A DNA stretch of 64,000 nucleotides from Octopus vulgaris (lineage: Eukaryota). The translations under genes were made by a program, and so were the position numbers. Shown here one piece after another: positions 24,001 through 35,900 of the stretch. Under the pieces are notes generated by a model. It was not told where the DNA came from, did no database searches, and worked only from the letters and a program-made list of their open reading frames with translations. Positions within the stretch are counted from its first letter, which is position 1. Every line of letters starts with the position of its first letter. The stretch covers positions 77,562,001-77,626,000 of the forward strand of contig OX597814.1 of the NCBI GenBank assembly GCA_951406725.2, in the 5' to 3' direction.

Positions 24001-27000
24001 TAGTATAAATTCCTCTAAACAATTATAACAACCTTCCTTATGATCTAGATATTAATCCAAATCCTAAGTAATATAAGATCTATGTTCCTCTTCATACATT
24101 AATTCTTCTTGTTTGAAATTTGTATTCAACATTAAACCATTTCTCTCATTCTTTCTGCTAGATCAGGCAGACCATCCGTGCGTATGTTATTACTAAAGGG
24201 TATTACTTCAGAAGGTTTCTATTTCTACACCAACTTTGAGAGTCGAAAAGCTAAGGAAATAGTATGTATTAGTAAATTTATATATTTGATTTCTCATTAC
24301 AGTTAAAACAAAAGAAAAATTAGATAAACAAAGCTGTTGATTGTTAATTATTAAACCAAATATTTTCTTTGGTCATATGTGTGAAAATCCCCAGAAACAC
24401 CTGCTGCATGAATATTTAATAGTAAAGTAGATGCTAACAAACTTAATGTAGTAAGGTAAGAAATTTTAATCAACATTATTTGTGTGACGATGTACAAAAA
24501 TTGTTATCTTAGTGGCTAGTTCTGGTGAAGAAAAGCAAGAAGGACAATCAAAGAATTTAAATTAATCTTAATTGATTGAATCACTCATCACTGGAAGCAG
24601 TGGTGAGTGATTCAATAGTTAAATTTATACTAACATTTAATGTAGACAGTACTTAATACCTAAACAGAAACACTTATGTGGTGAAGAAAGACAACATTAG
24701 TGCAGTGACTGATATTTCAATAATTTCAGCAAATATGGGAAACAACTTCAGTTATGTTTCTGTCTTGTTAGATCTTCTCTGTGAAGGACAATCTTAATTA
24801 TATTTGTTGAAGTAACCATGAGAGAATTACAAAGTAAATGTAAAAATGTGAAAAATGTTCACTAATTCATTCAGATGAGTTGCCTGCTTATAATAATTTA
24901 AATGCCATAGGTTATCACCATATGACAGTGAACCATCAACGACATTATGTGGATCTAGTGACCACAGCACACACTCAGGCCATTGAGTGATCATAGTTAG
25001 ATGCTAAAACTATGATTCTGGAAAAAATGAGGGTGGTTGTAATGTGCTTTTCCAGTCACATCTTGATCATTTCTACTGGAAGATGGTGAGGAAAGACTTA
25101 GATGATTTATTTATATTGTTCCTTAATGATATAAGAAGTGTTTATTGTTAAAATGGATTGTCTTGATTTATCTGTGTAATTTCTTTATCATATAATATAA
25201 TATAAGATTCAATTCTTATTTGTGTAATTCCTTTATAATGTACGAAGTGTTTTATCTCTGAAATATCTTAAGTGTTTTACCTCTGAAATATATGGAAATA
25301 TCTGAAAAATAAAGTAGATAACCCTGTTTGACACCATCGTAGACCACATACTTTACTAGCACTGATTTGTTTTTAGTCAGTTTCTCCTACATTCCCCTAT
25401 TAAGAAATAATTTTCCCTTTACGGTCTTCTTACTAACAGCATATGCTAAAATTTCTCTGCCTTTGTGAATATAACGTGCATGTGCAATAAAATTGCAAAT
25501 ATAAAATTAAATGCAAAGATGCCTAAAAATACAGTTGTATATGATTAACCTATTTGTCACCACAAGTTAGACCTGTGAACATTCCACTAGAAATGTGACT
25601 AATCTTTGTTATAAAATCATTGTTATCGTCACCATTGTCATTTTATGCCTGCTCTTCATACTGGCATCTGTTGGTGGGTCTTCATGGTCCAAGTTCTTTT
25701 TTATTGGGAGTTGTTGCTCTCATAGTCTGGTTCTTATACATGTCCTTTTGATTTGGTTTCTGCAGTTGGATGCTTTTTCTATTGCCAACCACTTTACAAA
25801 TTGTAGTGGTTCACTACACTTTTCTCTCCTGCTTCATTTCATCTGTTACCTCTAGCATCTTAAGATCTAACTTTATCATCTCTTCTTAGGTTATTTTTTT
25901 GTGTGCTTCCTTTGTCATACTGTCCTTCAACATTACATCTTAACAATTTTCTTCACCCAACTGGGATTATGTAGCTATACTAGTGTAGCTGACTATTCTG
26001 CATATATTGACTGGTGCTTTTAATTTCCATCAACCTTCTCAACTTGCTTGTGCTGTTTCACAAACAAATTAACATTGAACATCAAATCCAAAGCATAAAC
26101 CTAACTCATTTTTCAAGTTCACTAAATTCATTGCTCAAGTATCATTACCACTACATCGATAGAGAAAAATCTTTGTTGCCAATAAATTGAAAATAAAATT
26201 CTTTTATAGTATTTGACCTTAGAGTTCTCAGGTTAACTAATTGTTTGGTCAAAACCTCTATTCAGTTTTGTATCTCAAGAAATCACATTGCATCTCCTAT
26301 TTTTTGAAGCTTAACTAACTGACAGTTTGGAAGAATGAAAATATAATGAAAACCTACTCCCTCCACAACACTAATCTCAAAAAGTCTTCGTGTGAACGTG
26401 ACCTGGGTGTTATTGTCGACAGTGATTTGCGTTGGATAAAACACATCGCTAAAATTGTCAAGAAGGCTGAGGGTGTCTTGGCATCACTCACCAAGTCCTT
26501 TGTGAGCTGCTCTCCAACTATCTATCTGTGGCTTTATATAGCTATGGTAAGACCTCACCTGGAATTTGCATCACCGGTCTGGAACCCCTATCTTGCCCAG
26601 GATATCAATCGTCTGGAAGCCGTTCAGCAACGTGCAACCAAAAGAATACCCTCCATCAGGCATTTGCCATATTCTGAACGCCTTACTTCCCTGGGCATGG
26701 ACACATTGAAACTCTGACGTCTGGCAGCTGACTTGGCAGACACCCATAAAATTATCAACCATCTTACAAACAATAACTCTGAGCACCTTTTCAAACTCCA
26801 CCCATCTAACACCCGTGGACATATTTACAAAGTCAGAAAACAGCACAGCTCCCATGACTTTAGGAAACATTTTTTCATGCTGAGAGTTGCTGAAGCATGG
26901 AACAAACTGCCGGCATCATTTGTTAGTTGTTGGAGCACTGCATCCTTCAAAACTTCCATGCGCCTGATTTTCTCCCCTCCATACACACACAAGCATGTAT

Positions 27001-30000
27001 CTGACTCATACATTGTTCGCTTTCCAGACATTTGTACATTACTGCATATACTTTATACGCATTTTCTGACAAGTTGTGGTGCACCTGAGCACTGTATACA
27101 ATAATTTCATTATATATTATATTATAAATTAGCTTATTTGAATTAAGAAGTATGAAAATTTAAATTTGCTTACTTCAATGGAGAGCTAATATCTGTAGTG
27201 TAGTGAGTACCTGCTTCCACTTCCATTTTTTAATCAATCGTAATTACATTCACAATGATTTCAAATTTTGGCACGGTGAAGGGGGTGCTCAACTAGAACT
27301 TATTTTATCAACCTCGTAAGGACGAAAGGCAAAGTCGACCTCGGCGGAACTTAAACTCAGAACGTAAAAATGGACGAAATGCTGCTAAGCATTTTGCCCT
27401 GCAGGCAAACAGTTCCGCCCACTCACCATCTTAAATTACATTCAATAAAAAAAAATTGTAATTAACTAATTCTTGCCTTAATTAAGGGAGATAACTCTGA
27501 AATTAAAATTGATTTGAACTTGTGTGTGTGATGGTGGTAGTGGGGGAATGCAATAAAGATCGATTCTTTATTATGTAACTGGTTAGGTGGAACATAAAAA
27601 TCTGAAAATTAGTTTTGTTTTCTTTGTAGCTTCAGTGCCATCAAGCTACAATGATCAGAAATGATGTCTTTGAATATAGTCGTAGTCATTAAGAAGGCTG
27701 ATAAGTAGCAAAACCCAGATACCCAGTTTAAATTTGTTTTTAAGCATGTAGTAATGGAGAAAGTAAGCAGATAAGCATAGATAACAAATCTAAATTGTGG
27801 ATATTAAATATGCAATGTCATTATAGAGAAAGTATGTAGTTAAGTGTTATTGAGCTCTATACCACTTGTACTCAAGTATACTTAGTTTCCCACGTCTCTT
27901 TCTTGTTATCTGTACTATATTTTACCCTCAAATCTCTACCTTAACCCAACTCTTTATGCCTAGAACTGCAGTCATCTACCATGTTTCCCTATTGTTATTA
28001 AATGGCAAAAGTCCAAATTGAGCATTACCCATATTGGTCTACCAAGGCAGTAATGAAGCATTTTCAATGTCTATAGGCTCAATCCTTCTTCTTCTAAACT
28101 AAAAAGAATGTGTAATCTAAGACTGTAAATGATTAAGTGTAAATAAAAGTTGAAATTGGGATTACTGCATAAAGAAAATAGTGATGGCCTGTAAAGTGAA
28201 CCATAGAATAGACTCAGCAGAAGGCATAGTATTAAGGTGTAAATTTTTTAGCAGTCAGGAGACTGTAGCATTATTTTTTTGCTTTGATCTCACCTCTTTT
28301 CATGCAAACAAAAGTTCTTATATATCTAAGATTTTGAGAGTTATTATTTTTTTTCTTAGTAAAGATTTCCAATAAATATTAACTAATTTTTAACTAAGTC
28401 ATAATTTGTCTTTTTTTTTTCTGAGGGAGATATGAATTACTCCAAGGAAGCTGAAACAGTGAATACTTATCTCTGTTTTGTATATTTATATAAGGCTGCA
28501 AATTCATAGAAGATGGTGATGTCAAGTGAACTGATTCAAGTATATGACTAGTATATTTTTATTGATTAACTCATGGAAGGATGAAAATGAAGTTGATCAT
28601 GGTGGAATATGAACTTAGAGTAGAGCAGTTGAACACTAAATGCTGTGTTACTAAGTTGTTCATCCTACCATTTCTGTTTCCTGCCAGTCTAACACTCTAA
28701 TGAAGACAAATAACATTATAACAAATATTTACCTTTTGGTTTTCAGGAAGAGAATCCTTTCTGCAGTTTTTCTGTGCATTGGGAACCTTTAAATCGTTCT
28801 GTAAGTTTATTTAAAATATTTTAATCAGCATTATCATAATAATTTTTCTGGTGTCTATTTTTGTGGACCAACTTTATTATTGATTAAATGGTAAAAGGCA
28901 TTTGAATATTCTTGTCTTGTAATTTTTTGACTGCTATATTTTCTTTCAACTCCTATCTTCAGTTCTATCCCTGAAGATATTCTCATTAATTACATCAACA
29001 TAATTAAAGTATTCTGTTTATCAACTGTTAAAATTCTTCCCTATTTAAAAATATAGCAGCATTGTAGGGTCCTTGGCAAATCCATGCACTGGGCTTTATA
29101 GTATTTGTTTATTGACAGTAAATCGCAGCATGCATAGATCAGAATTGAGCCCTTAGAACTCTGAAGTCCCCAAGCAACTTCCCAGTATACCCTTGCATTA
29201 AGAGACAAAATAGCTTTAAGATTATAGTGCTTTACAGTTGAGTGTTTAGCAGTAGGAAGTGTATTCAGCAATAAACCACAACGCTCATTTTCCCTTAAAG
29301 AATATTTTGTAAAACAAGCAATTTGTCATATTGATACTGTCTCTTCCAAAAATGCTGTGTAATCACTTTAGAACAACATTGTTATAACTTTATCAACGAA
29401 TTAGTGTCAATGATTAATGAGTTATTTAAAAAAAAAATTTGACATCATGCTTTTGTGAACAACAGTGTTGCTGGATATAGGTTTGTAATAGACCAATCAG
29501 TGATTCATTGCATTTCCAATGGTGAGAAAGACAAAGGGATGACAAGTTGAGTGGAATTAATAACACATGTACTTTTTTGTTTGAATACCAGTTTATCAAC
29601 AATTTCTCGTTGATGCATATTTAGCAATGTATATATTACATGCATGTGCACACACATACACACACACAACTGGTACTCCGTCGGTTACAATGATGAGGGT
29701 TCCAGTTGATCCAGTCAACAGAACACCCTGCTTGTGAAATGAATTTGCAAGTGGCTGAGCACTTCACAGACATGTGTACTATTAATGTAGTTCTCAGGGA
29801 GATTCATCGTGACACAGATTATGACATAGTTGGCCCTATGAAATACATGTACAACTCATCTTTGCCAGCTGAGTGGACTGGAGCAATGTGAAATAAAGCG
29901 TTTTGCTCAAGAGACACAACACACTACTGGGTATTGAACTCACAGCTTTATGATCATGAGCCAAATACCCCTAACCATTAATCCATGTGCCTTTGCAATA

Positions 30001-32908
30001 CATATACAAATGCATGCATACCTACGTGTGCATGTACACACACATATACACACACACACACACATTTATAAAAAATATTTTGCAGTAGACTTATAAATGT
30101 AAGTTGAGATATTTAAAAAATTTTGAGAAAATGAAATACATGTGTCAGAACTTAGTTGATTCTATAAATTTCAATTTTCATTTTTGAAATCAATATGTTC
30201 CTTGTTTTTAAAGTTTTTATTGTAAGTGTCTCATCATCATTATCATCATCGTTTAATGTCTGCCTTCCATGCATGCATGGTTATTAATGGTAGATATATA
30301 AATGTTGTTACAGTGTGAAGACAAAACATCTGAAATAAAATGTTATATGCACATTAATTTCTGTCAATTTTATTCCATAATGATGGTTAAGTTCTTTACA
30401 TTATTATCCTCACTGTACAATAATCTAGTGAAAATTTATATGAGAATTTGAGAATTTATATTCATATGATCAGTGTGTGTAGTAATTAAATACCTACTTA
30501 TTTTGGGGGAACTTTTAATGTTTCAGATCAGAGTTGACGGCAAAGTTAATAAAATATCTGAAGAAGAATCAGAAAAATATTTTCATCAAAGACCCCGAGA
30601 CAGCCAGCTTGGTGCTCTGGTTAGTCTACAGAGTACAGTGATACCAAGTCGAGAAGTATGTCATTCTTCTTTATAATTTAAAATCTTACTAGCTGTCATT
30701 ACTGGAAATTATAAAATATCATTATGTTACTGGTATTTATTAATTCATCAATGAGGCTTTCTCTTACAGAATTGGTTTTGTATGAAAGAAAGAAATTTAT
30801 TTTGTTAATGTAATAATTCAATATTCAGTTTTTTAGTATTTATTACCCTGAAGCATGTTCTAAATTATAAATAACAAATGTTCTTGAGCAGAGCACATAA
30901 GCATTTCTTTATTATCTTCTATCTTTTACATGTTTCACTCATTAGATAGTGGCCATGCTGGAGCACTGCCTAGAAGAATTTTTTGCTGAATGAATTGACC
31001 CCAGTACTTATTTTGTTTTCTAAGCCTCGTACTTATTCTATTGGTTTCTTTTGCTAAATCGTTAAGTTATGGGGACATAAACACACCAACACCAGTTGTC
31101 AAACAGTGGTGGTGGTGGTGGGGACAAACACACACAGGTGCAGGAATGGCTATGTGTTAAGAAGTTACCTTCCCAATTACATGGTTCCAGGTTCAGTCCC
31201 TTTGTGTGGCACCTTAGACAAGTGTCTTCTACTATAGCCTTTGGTCAACCAAATTTTTGTGAATGGATTTGGTAGATGGAAACTGAAAGAAGCATGTCAT
31301 GTGTGTGTGTATGCATCTGTGTGTCTCTGTGTTTGTCTCCCACCACCACTTGACAACTGGTGTTGGTTTGTTTACATCCCTGTAACTTAGTGGTTTGGCA
31401 AAAGAGATGGATAGAATAAGTACCAGGCTTAAAAATTCATTTGGTCAATTCATTTGGCTATATTTCTTCAAAGTAGTGTCCTGGGATGGCTGCAATCTAA
31501 TGACTGAAACAACTAAAATATATACTGTAAAAACCCATGTAATTTACGCCCTTTTTTTCCGCGTAAACTCTACTAAAACCCCACTTATTTTATATATATT
31601 TGTAACATTAATAAACAAAAAATTGTTGAAACTAGTTTAGTATGTGAATAAATCTATTCAAAAACAACTACACATTTTTCAGATTCAGGTGCATTTTCAG
31701 ATTCCAAAACAAATTCTCCTATATATATATACACACACACACACACATATACATATAGTATACTGTTTCATGATGGTAAGATGAACAAAAAGAACTCCAT
31801 CTGGTGAGAGAAATCATCATCATTCATCATCATCATCATTTAGCGTCCGCTTTCCATGCTAGCATGGGTTGGACGGGTTAACTGGGGTCTGTGAAGCTGG
31901 AAGGCTTCGTCAGGCCCAGTCAGATCTGGCAGTGTTTCTACGGCTGGATGCCCTTCCTAACACCAACCACTCCGCGAGTGTAGTGGGTGTTTTTTTTGTG
32001 CCACCTGCACAGGTGCCAGACAGAGCTGGCAAACGGCCACGAACGGATGGTGCTTTTACGTGTCACCGGCACGGGGCCAGGCGATGCTGGCAACGGACAC
32101 GAACGGATGGTGCTTTTACGTGCCACCGACACGGGGCCAGACAGAGCTGGCAAACGGCCACGAACGGACGGTGCTTTTACGTGTCACCGGCACGGGGGCC
32201 AGCCGAGGCTGGCAACGAACACGAACAGATGCTGCTTTTACGTGCCACCGACACGGGGCCAGCCAGAGCTGGCAAACGGCCACGAACGGACGGTGCTTTT
32301 ACGTGTCACCGGCACAGGGGCCAGCCGAGGCTGGCAATGGACACGAACGGATGGTGCTTTTACGTGCCACCGACACAGGGCCAGACAGAGCTGGCAAACG
32401 GCCACGAACGGACGGTGCTTTTACGTGTCACCGGCAATTAGAAATATTAGTTAATAACGCAATATATATATTTTTTTATGAGCTACTAATAGTTTCATGT
32501 GATGAAAACACCTTTGACAGCATTTTTTAACATGTCTAGTGCATTCACACAGTCCTCAGGCTCGTTATGGCATATGGGCACAGCTTGAGGATTGCGTGAT
32601 GGCACCAGATGTGTTAAAAAATGCTGTCTGAAATGTTTTCATTGTATGAAACTATTAGTAGCTCATAAAAGTATATTTTTTAAAATTAAATACTGTATAG
32701 TTCGTTATGCCATGTGGGCTGTGCCTGATGACTGTGCTGAGATGTCAGATGTGTTATAAAACTTTGTTTGGCATGTTTTCAGTACAAGAAACTATTAGTA
32801 GCACATAAAAACATGTATTGTGTCTATTAAACAATATTTATCTTTCACTTGATGGAGTACTTTTTTTGTTGATTTTACCATCACAGAACGGTATGTTGTG
32901 TGTGTGTG

Positions 32909-32939
<31 letters not shown>

Positions 32940-35900
32940 GACAAGCTTCTTTCAGTTTCTGTCTACCAAATCCACTCACAAGGCTTTGGTTGGTCTAAGG
33001 CTATAGTAGAAGACACCCAAGATGTTTTGCAGTGGAATTGAACCTAGAACCATGTGGTTGGAAAGCATCTTCTTATCGCACAGCTATGCCTGCGCCCATT
33101 ATACTAGTATATTTATTCTTTCAAAAGAGTGTTCATTAAAATGATATCAGATTTGAATAGTCATATGACAAAATAGGTCAGTTCAGATTGCACAAAAATT
33201 GCAGTAAAATTTTGTTTGGTGTAACTGCAATTAGAATAAGAGATCTAATCAGCAGATATATTTTGCAGCTACAATTACAGTTTGTGATTAGAATAATAAA
33301 GATAGTGCATAATATTTACAGCAGGAGCAAAAAATAGCATGTAAACTAGAATTAATGAGGAAAGCTGTGAAAGTAAACAATGAGTTACTCTCTCCACAGA
33401 AAGAGCATGGTATGGAAAAGTGTGATGTGATATGGTTGTTACATAACTTGAGTAGTTCCCATGTTACGTATGCATATTCATAGCAATTAGAGAGGAATAA
33501 GTTCAGTATGACCTGTTGGATATGCAATAATAATTTACAAGAAAAGTTGGACACTGAACAAAATTGAGTTGAGAAAATAAATGACTCCCAAGAATATTGG
33601 TATATGGTATGCAGAAAGGTGATTACATGAATGTAAATTAATGGTTCATTGAATTAATTAATGCCGATTGAATAGATATTAAGACGTCATCTATTACTTG
33701 TATCTGCTTATTTGGATGATCGGTAGTTTTCACTTTAACACTTTTGTTACCATAAACACATTGAAATGCACTGCCTTTATTTCAATTGATTTTGAAAATA
33801 ATGAAGAATTTAGAAATATAACTTTGTCATTGAGTATAAATTAACATGAAAGTTTGATTGAAGGTTTTAATTGAGATTATTTTAAAATAGAATTTGTATC
33901 ATAGATTTCAGGTGGGTTGGCATCAAAAGGGTTAAAGTTACTTACCATAAATGTATTGCTACTATGTACAATTTTTGAGCCCACAATACCATTTGTAACA
34001 CAGTGTTACTCAACTGCTGCAATTGTAGATAATCCATGTAATCTAATATATTAGTTTTTGTATGCTTCATTTTATTTAAAATAAATTTATGTCTACCTTT
34101 TACCTTTGACTGCAGCCATGCTGGGGCATTGCCTTGAAAGGTTTTTAGTCAAATTGACCCAGGTGGTGCTCCAGCATGGCCACAGTCACATGACTGAAAC
34201 AAGTAAAAGAGTAAAGAGAGTAGGACTTATTTCTTTTAATTATAGTACTCATTCTGTTGTCCCCTTTCTTGAACCACTAAGTTAAAGAGATGTAAACACA
34301 CCAATACTGGTTGTCAAGCGATGGTGGGAGACAAACACAGACACACACACACACATAAATATATACATACATCATGGGCTTCTTTCAGTTTCCATCTACC
34401 AAATCCATTCACAAGGCTTTGGTCAGTCCGAGGCTATAGTAGAAGACACTTGCCCAAGGTGCTATGCAGTGGGACTGAACCTGGAACCATGTAGTTGGAA
34501 AGCAAACTTCTTACCATACAGCCACTAGGATTTTTTTAATAGGTGGAGAAAATTTGCAATTAAAATAATTAATAATTTTTAAAAATCCTTTATTGGGATT
34601 TTTAAAAAAGTGGGTGGAGAAAGTTTGAAGTTTAATACCATGTATTTTATTATGTGTTCTTAATTTTAATGTTGATTTTAGTGAAAGAAGTCCCTATTAC
34701 ACATGGAGTTTTACAGTTACATTGCTAGCTATTCCAGGTCCTCTGATGCATTTAGTTTTGGATCCCTGTTAGTTTCCTATTTACCACACATCCTATAGCA
34801 GTTTTTATATATTTATTGTTCACAGTAACTAGACAGTATGCACATGCAAACTTATTTCTTGATTTCCATGCTAGGCCACTTTTTTTGTTAGTACTAAACT
34901 TTGGTCTCTGCTACTAATTAATCCTTTAGTTTTGGCCATGTTAATTTTTATATCCTTTTACTCTGTGAACATGACAGCGAAGTTGACAGGGTATTTGGCA
35001 ACCAGTTAAGAGGTTAATACACCATTGCCTCCATAGTATTTTGTCTGTAACCAAGGCACACCACCTAGCTCTAAGTAAGTTTAAAAGGTAGATTAGATCT
35101 AAACTCTAGGAAGCAACATCACTATAAATTTGAGTTGTTTCATTTGTACTTATTTCTCCTGTGGGTTGGTAGAACGTTGTGAGAAACCACACTCTTTCAT
35201 TGAATGGGTAGCTATTGACTCAATCTGGTTATAAAACTAATTGCAGCTGTTACTATTACCACTACCATGATTATACCATCAGGAACAGTAGTGTACAAAA
35301 TCTAAATGTCTGACAGTGTTTTTTTCCTTCCTTTTTATATTACAAGTTCTCATACTGCCATGGTTGACTTAGCCTTTCATCCATCTAAGTCAAGGATATA
35401 AACATTACACATTCTCTGTACTCTTAGCGATCAACTTGTCATGAAATAGATGTCTGTAGCTATATTAGAAACAAATCAGTGGATGAAAAAAAATGTACCA
35501 TCCAAATTAAATTTCTTACACTTTGCTGATATTTCCAAATTCAAGATCTTTGTAATTAGGTGATTATTTGCATTTTCTTATTGCTATAAATATCTTATGT
35601 TCAATTTTTTAGCACTTGATGAACAAGTATGTTGAAATCCAAAAGAAATATGAAAATGTAGAATTGATTCCAAAACCAAAATACTGGTATGATTTTAATT
35701 ATAGTTTTGTTACAGTTGATCTTCTTCTTCTTCTCCTCCTCCACCACCACCACTGCCACTTCTACTACCACCACCACCACCATCATTTAATGTCCATCTT
35801 CCATGCTACCAAGGGTTGAACTATGTAAGCTAAAGTAATTTTCAGTGAATATAGTTATAATAATATTTTTCTGTATCCTATTAGAGCAATAAAATTTGAT

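Noticed and set aside
31998-32436. CRISPR-like array or the 155-190 aa repetitive ORFs
   Set aside because: The units are pure tandem repeats with no unique spacers and no cas genes, in eukaryotic context. All three frames are open simply because the GC-rich repeat lacks stops.
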